Below, piece by piece: positions 42,301-56,300 of a DNA stretch of 64,000 nucleotides (its first letter is position 1; every line of letters begins with the position of its first letter). Origin of the DNA: Pecten maximus (Eukaryota); assembly GCF_902652985.1 (NCBI RefSeq), contig NC_047017.1:23498001-23562000 (forward strand). Direction: 5' to 3'. The translations under genes were made by a program, and so were the position numbers. The notes below the pieces were generated by a model. That model was not told where the DNA came from and did no database searches. It worked only from the letters and a program-made list of their open reading frames with translations.

Positions 42301-45300
42301 ATAAAATGAGTAAAAATACGTTTCATCTTAAAATAATGGTCCATAATAATCACAACTTACCTCAACTTGATCGTTCTTTACATCAACAAATGGACCAAGC
42401 TACAAAAGAAATTTTATGAATCAGTCAGTATAAAAACTTGATTTCGAATAAAAATTAACTAAGTTAATGAACAGTTATTGCTCCAACATTGAAGTCTTGG
42501 TCCTTTATTGGAAGAAGAAGGAAAGAGTGCGTTTTGTCAAAAGGACACCATAAAAGTTAACCCACCAAAAATTTAGTCTGGAAAGATTGTTTAACAAACG
42601 TTGGTTGATAAGCACGTAAGGTTTTTTTCCACAGCAATTTAGCATGGGCATAGTCTTACTTCGGGAAGGAAACCTACCCGCTGAGAAGAAAATTTTACAC
42701 TAAAGCCACAAATTATGGGAATTAACAATTCTAATGGAGAGAGACCCTTCATTGGCCCTATATGTCCCAGAAAAAAAGCCTCAATAAGATTTGTGAAGAT
42801 TTTTGTGTAAATAATTGTAGTTTAAAGTTTTAAAATTCCCAGAGAGGGATAGCAGTAGATCTCACCAATATACAGATATCTGGGCAGTCCCTGTTCAGGT
42901 ATTTACAGAGGTCTGCCAGAGGTTCATATGCCAAATTATCAGAGGTTGTGAAGGGCCCAGTGGCCACAATTACACTCAGCTTTCCTGAAAACAACATTAA
43001 TATAACATTATATAATTTGTGTTGATATCAGGTTCATGCTGCATTTCAATAAAAGTGACTAGATATAAATGTTAGGTTACTGGGGCAAAAGGACAACTTA
43101 ATATGTTTTAGTCTTCTGACACAATTAAATTCATCAAAACGTGTTAAAACACTCTAGCAATTTCATGGGAAAAAGGAACAAATTACACAGATTCCTTAAA
43201 ATGTATTTGAAGGTTACTTTGTCTAATCACCATTACAAGGCATATAAGATACATGATTTAGATTTCACATTTACATAAAACACAGCTAGTTCAGACAACT
43301 TTTACTTACCTGCTTCAGACTTTACAGCTACATCTGGTAGAGGAAGGCTAACACCCTACAAATTAAACAGATAATATCATCATGCATGTATTACAGCTTG
43401 GTCATAAAAACCATTAGAGTTAAAATGACAATTATCATTTTAAAACCACAAAAAAAATTACTTGACTCTATTGTAGATTATTGAAGAAAACCAATCGAAA
43501 ACAAATCAATACATGAAAATTAACAAAAAAATTCCCCTCAAAATCCATCAGTAACGAAGTAGTTCCTATCAGCCATATTACAGCTATTATAATACTGTTA
43601 ATTATCAAAATGTGTGACAAAATTTAGAACATAACTAAATTAACATTACAAAATAACTGTAGGCTCTTCAATAGAAGGATGATTGATCACATACAATGTA
43701 TATACCTTTGGATCACTTTGTTCAGCTATAGGTATAGCATTTTATTGATGATAGTTGTGTATTAAAATATTGACAGCAAAACAAAGATTCTTCTTAAACA
43801 ACTAACATTAGAACACTATTATCATTAAGATCAGTTGTGCACCTTTACACAGAAAATAAGTGCAAGGCTTTAAACCATTAACCCACCAATACTCCATCAA
43901 ACAAGAGGCCCAATGTGCCTGTATCGCTCACCTGGCTCTAGAGCAAATTTGCAGTTGATTGAGGTCATTTATACAGATACTATGCTGATAACAACTTTAT
44001 TCAAATATCAGAGTAAGCTAGGTTTATTCATGTCAATAAATTTTTTAGTCCTTCATTCCAGCATACTATTGGCCTAAGATCGGGTCTTGGCTCTTGGCTC
44101 TAAGCATGCTACAGACAGGCCCAATATCAAGTCCCTGGGCCTCTTGGTTATTGAGAAGAAGTCTTTTAAAGATTTTAACCTATTTGACCCATGTGACCTT
44201 GAATGAAGGTCAAGGTCATCTATTTGAACAAACTTGGTAGCCCTTCACCTAAGCATGCTACAGGCCCAATATCAAGTCCCTGGGCCTCTTGGTTATTGAG
44301 AAGAAGTCGTTTGAATATCATAACCTATATGACCCATGTGACCTTGAATGAAGGTCAAGGTCATTTATTTTAACAAACTTGGTAGCCCTTCACCCCAGCA
44401 TGCTACAGGCCCAATATCAAGTCCCTGTGCCTCTTGGTTATTGAGAAGAAGTTGTTTGAAGATTATAGCCTATTTGACCCATGTGACCTTGAATGAAGGT
44501 CAAGGTCATTTATTTAAACAAACTTTGTAGCCCTTCACCCCAGCATACTACAGGCCCAATATGAAGTTCCTGGGCCTCTTGGTTATTGAGAAGAAGTTGT
44601 TTAAATGAAAAAGTTGATGCCGGACGGACGGACGACGGACGCCACACCATGGCATAAGCTCACTTGCCCTTCGGGCAGGTGAGCTAAAAACACCAAAATA
44701 AAAATTACTTCAGGACAAACTAAGAACCATGGATGTAAGGCAATCTGAACAGCCTATTTTGTTGACAACTAAATATTTGAATTTTACCTGATGTAATTTC
44801 TTAGCAATAAACTTCTGTCCAGTATTGTTGATACCCTCCATTGCAACAATCTGAAATCAAGAGAAGAAATGATGGATGCATCATACAAACTCAATAAATG
44901 CTCTATAGTCACTTTTAATATCAACACAATACATATTATTGCTGTAAAAGTGAAATGATGAAGGATCAGGTAGGATTTTTATATTCAATATACACCTTTA
45001 AACTAATAACACATATAGTAGTTACTTGGTCATGTCAACATACCTGCCCTGGGAAAAGTGAAAATTCCTGGAGCTCAGTCAGATCAACTGGGATACACCT
45101 GCCTGCAGATGTCTCCTGGGAGCCCTCAAGTATCACAGACTTGGCATTCAGCTTGCCAATACTATCACAGCCAATACGCCCCACAACAGTGACAGTCTCC
45201 TGGACTGGTAGAGCTACGTGGGACAGATCCTCTATCTTATAATGGTCTCGGAGCTGTTTCGCTAGGTCCTCAATCATGTCATTCAGAACTGGAAAGTTGA

Positions 45301-48300
45301 GCAACATATATACTTCTAATAACAAAACTGATTTTGCCCATATACAACATATAAATCATGTGGACAGTAGTTGTAAGATACTTATAACACAAATCGATGA
45401 CGTCATTGACAATAAAAAAGTTGATGTTTAGTTTTGTTTACTATCTGAAATATATGATAGTTTGACAATACATACTACATATTGTGAAATGACTTAAGTA
45501 AATGTTTGTTCTACTAATTGACTATATTATATCTACTAATTGACTATATTATATCTACTAATTGACTATACAGTGGAACTTCGTTAACTCGAAGTCGACG
45601 GGACCATGAAAAAACTTCGAGTTATCCGAGTGTTCGAATTAAGCGAGTTATCGTTTTGGTGAAAAGTTTGGTCAATATTTGTCAACATTATATAATCATT
45701 ATAACTTCGCTCTGTCGCTCATCAGTTTAGTGTGAAGACTGGTCAATACATGGAAATATACATGTAATGTTTCGTTATGTCACTTGTAATTTGGTGTAGT
45801 TTTGCCGATATACAGTCACGATAAAGTTTCTTTCACTTAGTCACTTCAATAACGATCTGAAGTCATGTTTGCAAAAGGTAAACGATAAAACGGAATTCGA
45901 CAAAATAACAAGTTATTAATGTCTAAACAAATAACCGTTTAAGTTTAACACAGATTGCATACAAAACGTAACAGAACCATTACCCTTTTATTGGACATAT
46001 ATAAAATACTGTTTGATCGGCCTACTTACTTTTATTGATAACCACGCCATTTCCATAAGTATTAGCACCGGAAGTTGGGCTGCGCATGTGCGTATAAAAT
46101 GTTACTGTAACTGAGTTGGCGTTTTATCCGATTTAATAGACAGCACTGACCGTTACAGTTGTACTCTGAACACCTCGGCAGTAATTACGCTATTGTTTCA
46201 GCAGTTTAAAGATTTAATAGGCGCCGGTGACTGTGTCATTTCTACACCTGTAAAAACATCAGCCGGGTAGATCTACCGGTGTGTCAGAGATTAGTTCCGC
46301 TTGAGCGAACGGGTAGATGAGTTGTTGACTATCGTGTGTACTGATATCGGCGACCGCCTTGGGAAATTACCTGATGTAAGTAAAGCAGTACTTTTTATCA
46401 CCAAGACTTGTTGTTATAAGATTCAACCGACAATTTCTTTTATGAATTTATGAAACACTTATAATAGCATGTAGGTTAGTAGGCTAGTGCCGATATGTTC
46501 TGTATTACAAACGGAATTTAAATCTTAAAAAATGTCGGCGTTTGCCACCGATCGACGATACTTCGAGTTATTCGAACATTTCAAGTAGGATTTTTATTGT
46601 TGGGACCAAATTTTTACTTCGTATTATCCGAGTTTTTCGAGTTATCCGAATTCGAATTTTCCGAGTTTTTTTTACTAAGATAAAGAGAGAATTCGGCCGG
46701 GACCGGCGAGGTACTTCGAGTAAAGCGGGGTATTCGAGTTATCCGAGTTCGAGTTAACGAAGTTTCACTGTATTATAAAGTCGATTTACATGGGACAGGC
46801 TAGCCTGTTTAAATACTTCTGTAACTTGCTGTTTTTATTTTATAGATATTCTTCTATGTTGTGATGAAAATAACTAATTATTTCCCTCTATTTATGGAGG
46901 TCAAGAAGCTTTCAAATGTTAGAAATCTTGCAAATTTTGCTTTCTTGATAGATTTCCAAATAAATTTTGCGACTATGGGCCGTTTCAGGAAAACATGTAT
47001 GGGACGGGGGGAAGGCACTTTGAAATTAGGAGACCCACCTATAGGAGTGATTTAAAATTTTGATGACCCTCCAACATATTCACTATTTTGTGAATGGTAC
47101 CCTGGTATAGAAGCATTTTTAATGTAAAAATGGTACAAACACATCAAAAACATCCAACAACAGAATCAATTTATTTCAAACCCCACCAAACCATAGATGT
47201 GATTTTAATTTGAACCCACCCCAACACATGTAATTTATCTATGTGCCTTCCCTCCGTGCCTTATGTTTCCTGGAACAGCCCCAAGTCACTCCGAATATTG
47301 CAGTTCTTAAATGTTTTACACTCTTTTTCAAGGGAAGATCAGATCTGGATCAACAGGCAATTGCAATTTTTGAGAAGAACCTTTCTACGGAAATAAAGTT
47401 AATGGTGCGACAGACCCTACATCATACAATCACGGTGTTCAAAATAAGCCGACGACCAGCGCATTTCACCGGCTACTTTGCTCCCGGCGCCGGCTACTTT
47501 CAGATGTCTACTTACATATTAAAATGTTGTGAAACGTATTCTGACTTCGGGGGAGTTCGGGAAACAAATAAAACATAACCTTATTTATATAATATTCAAT
47601 GATTACTCATCGTTCACTTGTCCATGAAGAAAACAACAAGCTTCTTCACGACACCGATCAATGTTAATCTAGGTATTGTGTGATGCTTTTTACGCGCTGC
47701 GATAAAAACGTCTGACTGACCATGAGTTACAAGCACATGCTTCCGGTTCATCATGACACGAATAAACGACTTTTTTGAAGTCTCTTCAAGGAAAAAACAA
47801 AAGGGTATGTTATTTAGATGCATTTGAACTGTTCATCGTCGCACAACGGTACAATATAACCGTATGATTAACTATGGAGTGCGATCCTCTGAAGAGAGAT
47901 GATTACCAACATCTGACGTGATTGACATGTAGTTGGGTCACACTACGTAACTTACTGACACAGAATCAGCGTAATGAATTAAAATTATTAGGCACACAAT
48001 AAAGAAGTAAAATCACAGCCTTTAATAATGTATTTCGTGTTTTATATATCATTTTTCTTTAATTTGCGTTTTTTAAGATGTTCAGTTTCAGTTACATGTT
48101 TTGGAACTGTGACCTTTCTATTAAAAATGACACAAGACATGACTGTACAGATATCATTAATTCTTCACAAAAACTTCTAAATAAAACAAAAACACCAGTT
48201 CGTACACTCAGAAGTTTTACAGTACATATATATATAAAAAATGTACATGCAAAAAGGTAAAAAGTGCATTTTTTTATTGCTAAATTATTTCCAAAAACTA

Positions 48301-51300
48301 CTGTTATATAGTGGGAAAACCCATATCTGGCCTCTTTGATTTAAAATTTTCCTGGGGGAGACCCCCCATACCCCCTTTAGGAGAGGGGGCCATGCCCCCT
48401 CTCATACTATCCCCCCGCGACGCCAAAGGCGTCGCTGTTGGCTGTGTGCCTTTGGCACACATGGTGCCACCTACTATTTCTATTGTGCCAGCTACTCTAA
48501 AATCTACTGAACACCCTGACAATACGCTTACACTTTATGCAATGTGAAGAAAATAATCGTCAGACACTGTAGGATGTAATAAGAGTATGACATGCTTTAT
48601 TGTTATCCGACTCACTATATAAATGGATATTAACCAAATTTGACTGTTTTCCTATAAAACATGCTACCCATGAACTGTTGCCCGGTCATATGATTTACCG
48701 TGAATGTTACCCATAAACTGTTGCCCGATAACGCGCTGCCCAATCGAACGCGCCTAATTACAAGCATACAGATGACAGTGACTACACTACTTGTCGTCGA
48801 CAGGTTTAATTTGTAAACATTAGTCGACTGTATACATGACTTCTAGGTTTGAAGACAAACGATGACGAGCTTTTAAATGTCATAGAGAACAGAGACTCAG
48901 CTAATACGAGGAATATCATCAAGGGTTCTGTGAGTTATTAAATTTTGAATTTCAGACTGTTTTTTTTTTTTTTTTTTTGTAATTTATTCACCTCAATGGT
49001 CAGATAACAAAACAGTTTCCACTCGGTGTTGGTACTGACCAGGTGAACTGTTTCCCTCGGCCTTCGGCCTCTGGGAAACAGTTCACCTGGTCGTGAAAAC
49101 AGTTTTGACTGTTGACTGATGAGGCATGAAACAACTGTATACTATTTTACTAGTCATGCTGCTGGTTACTCATCAAATCTGGGATTAATGAAATGTGTTT
49201 AACATATTCACTATATATTTCAACAAATGAACATATACGAAGGACAAAATAAGGTTCACCTACCATTTGCTTTTTCAGTTAACTTTTGAAACATGTATTT
49301 AAAGTGTGGTTCCATAGCATTTCTGGGATCGTAATAAGCTATATGCACATCATGACCTTGACCCTTCCAGTCAGTGTTGTCATTGACCCCAAGTGCAGCA
49401 ACGCTTTCACCAGCATTCGACCTAGAGCTGAACTTCTTCGAGGGAGTTATCCTAAAAAAGAGCCATCAAAGTAATATACTTTTCTTGTGCGAGTGCCCCG
49501 AGCAGAAATTTAAATCTGGTCTGCTGTGTGATAATTTGATAATCCATTGCCCTACTGCAGAAGCCGGAGAAGCATGCTGTCAGCTGAGTGACAATCCTTT
49601 TTCAATATATTAAGTTAGATTATCAGTCATTTTTATATCCAGCAAATCAAAAGAGTTTTAGAAGATGTATGCCTATGTCTTACAATATCCTGAATCATTT
49701 TCATAAATATAATATAAAATACAACTAACCTGGTTCAAAATATGAATTATAAAACCAAGAATTGCATTTCCCCTTAAACTGTTAAAGCTTCATAATTTGA
49801 GTTTCATGAAAACTATAAAGAATATCCTAAAAAAAAGTGTTTGTTACCCCGGAGAGAAGCTGGCTGGAGAGAAGGGAACCATTGGACTACGGACACTGTT
49901 GGTGAATCGTTTCATTGGTGGGTTATCTGGAGTCAACTGTCGTTTTTGTGAAACGGCCACCTTTTTGGTGTTGGATGGTGTAGAATTTCCAGAGTAAGCA
50001 TTGTAAAGTTCAACAGCCTCATTCTCATCAATACTGGATAAAATCAAGGAAACATATAGCTGTACTTCAGGTTTAGTAGTTTAAATTTGGACTGGCAACA
50101 CTTTCAGCAAATAAAGCATTCATCTTAAAACTTGATCAATTTGTGTACATAGAAAGGATACCCATTCTGAACCGTGTTGACATCATACACTGTTGGGCCA
50201 GACTTTTTCTTGACTTGTGGTGTCCGGGGAGTCTTTTTGTTGAGTCTCTGTAATTGTGATTAAAATCCTTTCAAGCTTTCTAAAATTTCATGGGTTTCAA
50301 AGATAAATTACACTTTGGCAGGCTTGAATTAGACTATATGCATACATTTTAATTCCTGCCAACATCTATTCAAAGTGTGCACTGTTGAGATGGAATGCAT
50401 GTATTCGTTGGAATACAGATTTCTTACATATCGTATTTGACCTAATAAGGGCGCCTGCCCTAATAAGGGTGCCCCTACCTTTTTTCAAGAAAATAAATCT
50501 TTGACGGAGTGTCAAAATGGTGTTTAAAAATATCAATTCATGTGAAATGTTTTGCTACTTTATTTGTTCAATTTTCTTCAGCAAATTAAGTAACTGGAAC
50601 ACAAGTTTTCGCCACATTTTGTCTATTCCTACAGATGGCATGTCAGTGCAAAGAGCACCCGAAACTAAACACACATACAAATAATAACTTACCATCTTTA
50701 TTTGAAGATAAAGTAAAAGACTTCATTCTTGTGGATAAATAACTTTTTTTCAGAACAGAAAGCTAGTAAAAGACATTGTAAATCAATTATTAGGTCAAAG
50801 AAAACGATGTCCGATATGATCTGGGAAACCACCTGTGTCTATAAATAGAACACAAAAGAGTTCCATTTGAACATAAATGATGGAACACACATTCTCTGGC
50901 CTAAAGATCAGCTGGCATGGTTTACAAGTTTACAGGAATATTCAAGTGTTGTTTAAGCTTAATATATGATAATGAATAGATATCTTCATCTGGAATATTT
51001 TTATGACTGAATGTTTCCACAGCCTTTGGTATTCTGCTATAAGGTCGTATAGTCTGTTTCATAAAACTTCAGAATAAATAATCTTAATAAGGGCGCCCCC
51101 ACTGTCAATTACCCGCGCCCTCATTAGGTCAAATACGGTATGTCTTTAACTTACTTTTCTCAGAATAACAAAACATCATAAATAGTACTCAAATGACAAT
51201 AATGGTGCAAATAGGGATTTTGATCTGTAGGACCACTCTCAGGCAGTGCAAGTATTGATATTGTGAATGAATCAATACGTTTTGCATGTTATAGTCATGA

Positions 51301-53057
51301 TCAATCTATTACCATACATGTTCACTGCTGATGAGTTAGTTAGTCTATTCCTAGTTTAATTTTGTGTCAGTGTTCTGTTGACACTTTAATCCGTTTCTCA
51401 TTACTAGTATAATCCTACAACACAAACCTCTCTGTCAAACAGATCTAACACCTCGCAGCTGAGAGTCAGGTTTCCCTTGGTCGTCTTTGTATTGTAGAAA
51501 GCTATCCATTCTGTACTGATTTTTGATGCATCCAGTCGGTACAACACACACAACTCCTTTACTGTAATAAAACAAAACTTTACCAAATCAGCTATTTTTG
51601 TTTTTAGACCATGAAATATTAATGTTTCATTTACATGTCAGTAACAAAGTGAGATATACTTAGGTCATGAACATATATGTCAATTATCTTTCAATTAAGA
51701 CATCTTGGTATTATATGTCAATTTATAATATCAGCAGACTAAATCTCTATTTCTGACTTCCTGGAATGGTTTTTATGATTACAAGGATGTGTACATGTCA
51801 GATCTTTCAACATGTTTCTGACCCTTCAAATAGTATATGAAGCAAATATTAATATCAATCAAAATTACAACAGATTACAATTGTAGCAGGCCGGGTTTTA
51901 ATTGTAAATACTGTACATAGTTGTATGGTCGCCTTCTAGCTTCCGGCTAGGGGGAATTTCCCTTTAGCTCAGTCAGTAGAGCGGCGGACCAGTAAGCCGA
52001 GGGTCGTGGGTTCGATCCCGGCTGGCTGCACACTACTACTCCTTGAACTTTTACATTGGTGCCGCAGACCATTCCAAGTGAAAGCAAGAGGCTTCCTTGG
52101 AGAGAGAACCTAGGTTGGTGTGTTCCGGGGCGTCAACACGTTTGAAGGAGGGAGTAGTGTAGCAGGCCAGGTTTTAATTGTAAATACTGTACATAGTTGT
52201 ATGGTCGCCTTCTAGCTTCCGGCTAGGGGGAATTTCCCTTTAGCTCAGTCGGTAGAGCGATGGACCAGTAAGCCGAGGGTCGCGGGTTTGATCCCGGCTG
52301 GCTGCACACTACTACTCCTTGAAGTTTTAGACAATATTGTTGATTTGTCTCTATTAGTACTATATAGTCTATTTGTATCTAAAAATAGTGGACTGTACTG
52401 ATAGTCTGATAGTAACTATATTGTAATGAATGATGGCGAAGCAATGCATTTTAAGAGAAACATTTGCGCATTCAAGACAATCAACCTTGAGACAATAACT
52501 AGTGAAGGAACAATTTAAGTAATTTAATGCTACAGACCGATACCCGGCCGTTATTATCTCAAGGTTAATTATTGTCTTGAATGCGCAAACGTTTCTCTTA
52601 AAATCCATTGTAGGCATTAACACATATTTGCACAACTATCATGTCAGACAAAACAACCATCAGTATTATGAATCCAATGAATTGACTAAATGATACCATT
52701 AAATCAAATCAAGATAACAATGCTTGGAAGCTGCGGTAGTCACTTCGGTATCGTTATTTACTAGTCATATCGGCCATTTATAATTGCAGCACGCATACAA
52801 ATAATATCGCAATCGAGAACATGCAATAACAAATAATTGTGAGTAGACTGAGTTGGTCAATAACTGTAAATAACAGCTTATTTAGACTTTTTACCGAGTG
52901 AAATCGGGATATGCCATTCTTAAATTTTAACCATTGTGAACGCGAGATAATTTGTCAGATGAATAATTAATTGCTTACATTTATCTATAACATCTTGATT
53001 TTCAAGCTCTACACCAAAAATTGAAAATTCATCCTTCAGATCTTCGTCTGATGCCAT
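39267..53057 (-). CDS. POLA2: DNA polymerase alpha subunit B, 15 exons, 606 aa
   Basis: Exons 53057-52979, 51561-51428, 50247-50162, 50033-49848, 49451-49264, 45288-45044, 44850-44788, 43355-43310, 42984-42866, 42399-42361, 42240-42167, 41656-41557, 40682-40567, 40021-39832, 39422-39267 (1821 nt, all GT-AG, in phase). Motifs KYMFQKL, VTVVGRIGCDSIGKLNAKSVILEGS, FSLFPGQIVAMEG, GPFTTSDNLAYEPL, GPFVD, VYPQPPF, INPGRLSKG. Confidence 0.97.
43899..44689 (-). mobile_element. Complete non-autonomous Helentron/HINE (pearl/DINE-like) element with 145-bp internal tandem repeats
   Basis: Minus strand: 5' TTTTTAGCTCACCTGCCCGAAGGGCAAGTGAGCT stem, then a (GTCC)n microsatellite, then ~3.5 x 145-bp units (GACCCATGTG at 44186, 44331, 44476), then 3' CAGGTGAGCGATACAGG hairpin-CTTGTT. 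Confidence 0.88.
45571..46770. mobile_element. Tc1/mariner-pogo (Tigger-like) MITE, 1200 bp, TA TSD
   Basis: TA|CAGTGGAACTTCGTTAACTCGAA ... TTCGAGTTAACGAAGTTTCACTG|TA, with subterminal TTCGAGTTATCCGA repeats. Confidence 0.9.
46977..47281. mobile_element. Degenerate short TIR element (GGGC termini, possibly PIF/Harbinger-type)
   Basis: GGGCCGTTTCAGGAAAACAT ... ATGTTTCCTGGAACAGCCC. TSD unclear. Confidence 0.45.
47431..48518. mobile_element. Non-autonomous TIR element, 1088 bp, CA(G/C)GGTG termini, 5-bp TSD (hAT5-like)
   Basis: CACGGTGTTCA ... TGAACACCCTG; ACAAT on both sides; subterminal GGCTACT/GCTACT motifs at both ends. Confidence 0.7.
48985..49140. repeat. Imperfect hairpin, probably a Crypton-like element terminus
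   Basis: GACCAGGTGAACTGTTTCCC-TCGGCCTTCGGCCTCT-GGGAAACAGTTCACCTGGTC (20-bp perfect stem) with weaker outer arms. Confidence 0.6.
50431..51138. mobile_element. Tc1/mariner-pogo MITE, 708 bp, TA TSD
   Basis: TA|TCGTATTTGACCTAATAAGGGCGC ... GCGCCCTCATTAGGTCAAATACGG|TA. Confidence 0.85.
51882..52331 (+). mobile_element. TRIM (miniature LTR retrotransposon) with tRNA-like Pol III promoter in both LTRs (Helenus-like), in POLA2 intron 1
   Basis: LTRs 51882-52055 and 52158-52331 (174 bp each, 8 differences). The 102-bp internal region has PBS TGGTGCCG at 52057 and PPT GAAGGAGGGAGTAG. 4-bp TSD CAAT. A box TAGCTCAGTC(G/A)G and B box GGTT(C/T)GATCCC in each LTR. Confidence 0.93.
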
Positions 53058-53312
53058 TTCTTCTTTTTCTTTTTTCTTCTCCTCCCGCCTTGTCAAAAAT
53101 TTATTCTTTCCCGCGTAATATTTTGTACACATCCGGTTGGTTGTATCATTTTGCTGTTAATCATAAACACCCAAATACGTAGTAATTTTATGATGAAAAA
53201 AATCAGATTTTATTCAAAGTTATTTTTTCAAATATTCTGATTTTTTAACGACATATTTTTGGAAATGAGTATTCTTACTTAAGGTCCGCACTGAAGCTTC
53301 CCAAGTTTCAAG
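53058..53312. promoter_or_regulatory. Compact bidirectional promoter between POLA2 and the cadherin-like/U-box gene
   Basis: The divergent ATGs are only 255 bp apart. E2F-like TTTCCCGCG at ~53107-53115 and TCCCGCC at ~53083. Confidence 0.7.
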
Positions 53313-56300
53313 ATGGACGACTGCAATCTTGAAAAGTTAGCTGTCAAACCTGGAAAATTAACTCCAGCATTTAACAAGGATACTACAGATTACGCGGTGA
53401 CCGTTGCAAGCAATGTGGAGAAAATACGAATTGATCCACTGACAAGTGACACTGGTGCATCCTATTCTATATCGGTACGATTATGTTTCTATCGTTTCTG
53501 TGAGCAAAACAGTGCAGATACGATCTTGACTTTGTATTGTATTCTTTTCACTTTCCCGCAACGAAACATTCCTCCAATCACATGCATCTCTAATTGATGT
53601 TTGATATGAAATCAGGCAGCATTGCATGAAACGAGCGCAGCGTCTACAGTACACGTATATAGTGTAGTTATTATTATTATTTTTTAAATAACATTGTTTT
53701 AATGTTTAAACTATTATTTATCTTATTCGATATACAGTTCAGAGGAAGAACAAACTTTTTTGGAATTTATAATGGCTCCGTCTGTGGCTCGGCGTAACGT
53801 TTGTCATAGGAACAGTAAGGACCAGCAAAGGAACTCCATGATTGAATAGTTTATCAAACGTACTTATTTGTAATTAAATTTCAGTTATTTATCCTGACCA
53901 GAGACATATATATACAGAGATAAGTAACATCGCTATTTCCCCGTATAAGTGGTGGCTCCCTTTATTCGTGACCACTCAAGCATATCCCTTATCGAGAGCG
54001 CCTTGTCCCCTATCAAACACACGCGAGCACAGGTAAATCGGGTTTTGCGCATGTGTGTATCTGTACTGGAACTTATTCGACATGTTCTGGTTAATCCGCC
54101 ATTATGTCAGACCAAAACAACATCAATTTTAGATACACACAAAAAGCACATCGTTTTATTTAGGCCGCTACAAAAGTTACCACATTAACCAAAAACTATC
54201 ATACTTATGGGATATATAGTCTTATAGTCCGTGCACATTGTTGTCATTTATGCGTATTTTCGAAAATCCATTGGGTCCTATTCGACATGTCCAAGTTTTG
54301 TAATTAAGCAGCCATTACGTCAGACCAAAACATCGTCAATTTTAAACGCACACAAAAAGCACCTCGTTTTATTTAGGCCACTACAAAAGTTACCACATTA
54401 ACCAAAAACTATCATACTTATGGGATATAGTCTTATTGATCATGCACATTGTTGTCATTTATCCGTATTTTCGGAAATCCACTGGGTCCTATTGACATGT
54501 CCAAGTTTTGTAATTAAGTAGCCATTACGTCAGACCAAAACATCGTCAATTTTAAACGCACACAAAAAGCACATCGTTTTATCTAGGCCACTACAAAAGT
54601 TACCACATTAACCAAAAACTATCATACTTATGGAATATGGTCTTGTTTATCATGCACATTGTTGTCATTTATCCGTATTCTCGAAAACCCCATATTGACT
54701 TTTTCGAAAATTGGAGATTCCCGCCGATCTTTCCTGCGGTGTGCTTGACTTTCATACTCAAAATACAAACACTTGGACAGCAAATTGTGATATATTTCAT
54801 ATTGATGACACTTCTGCACTTTGATATTAATAAAATTAAAGCACATAATTGGATCTTGGTGATGATTTCAAATAGAAATTATCGATAATTATGTGTGTGG
54901 TTTTCACGATTTCTCTAATATGGCGTCAAGTGAAGACTGAACCAAGCGACCGAAAAGGATTGTGGGAAGGTCAGGGGCCACTATGTTGACACAAGGGCAA
55001 ATATAGAGTTACCGATCTCTCTGTATATATGTCTCTGTCCTGACATGATATACTTTGATTTATCTCTCAAAATCACGTAAAAGAAGGAATTGCAGAGTGC
55101 TGATTTAGATTTCAATTTACTTCTGGTTCACGCATTGAGAAATAAACTGAAAATTTTAAAGAAGTTTGTGTTTCTGAAGAAGCATGAATTTTACACACCC
55201 CCAATTAAAACATCACCTACAACTGAGACTAGTTTAGATTAAGAAAGTATGGCAAGGTTTTTTAGCATTGTAAAATTAGGACCGCAGTAACTCTATACAC
55301 CTGCTATTTCCATGACGAAGGATTTTGGAAGCATTTTTAATGTTAATTACCATGACTACAACTGTTTGTACATGTTGCCAGAAAAGAGTTTGCTTCTCAT
55401 GAATATGCTGAAAGAAGATTTGTGCTCTTAGTTAAGCAATAACAAATTAAAATACTTGATTTTAATGCAAACTGGCTTAACATTGTTTATAAGGATTGGT
55501 GCAAATCTGCCTGTAGTTAAGCAATCAGACTGAATAGCCTATATAATAAAACAAATAACCAGTAGACCAATCGTAGTGTTTTGTGCAAACATCAGACATC
55601 TATATCTATCAGAATGTCTGTGTGGTGTTAGGGCCAGAGGAAATTTGGGCTTATTCAAACTGCGCTAAATTCTTGGCAAAACTTTCCTCTGGCATCAACA
55701 TCAGATATTTGGCAGTTCTATGGTTAAGATATTTTGCATAGACTTAGAGCGGACTAACGTTTGGAAATATAAAGATCTAAAAAATGTGTTTAATTGCTTA
55801 ATAAGGTTTTGGATGTTGTCAAAGAAAGTCCATTATAATACTAATGACTATAGTTTCAAAACAGAGAGTATGTTATAAGGTCATCCTACTAGCTCAGGCA
55901 AGTGGGAATTTACCTTTAGACAAGTGGTAAGATGTTCTCTTTAGTTTTAGTCTCAGCATGGGTAGGATGTTTTTTATTAGGCTTACTCCTTCCTATTACA
56001 TTTTTGTTTGTCGTTGACCACCCTATGTGAGATTGAAAGTTTTCCTTGGAGCCAAAAATCCTTGGTTGTATATTGAGGGAATTACCAAAAGGTTGAAGGA
56101 ATTATCAAGAGATTCAAGGTATAGCTGTCTCAATCAGCATAGACAGTGGAAAAAGGAATAGTGTAAAATTGGAAAGTATAAGGTCAACCTACCTTTTCAG
56201 GCTAGCTGTAGTTTCCCTTTAGCCTGGTGGTAGGATGTCTGCTTGGGGAGTGAGAGGTTGTTAGTTTGAGCCCAAGCATGGACAGGATATTTCAACCCAG

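Noticed and set aside
47431-47437. Transib/RSS-like end (CACGGTG with 5-bp TSD)
   Set aside because: The other end reads CAGGGTG and no nonamer-like motif is evident; a single substitution in a CAGG end is simpler.
51960-52300. Two tRNA genes (also tRNA-like sequences at ~25610, ~2000, ~37850, ~56220)
   Set aside because: A/B boxes are present, but there is no proper acceptor or anticodon stem. They sit inside LTRs or SINE heads.
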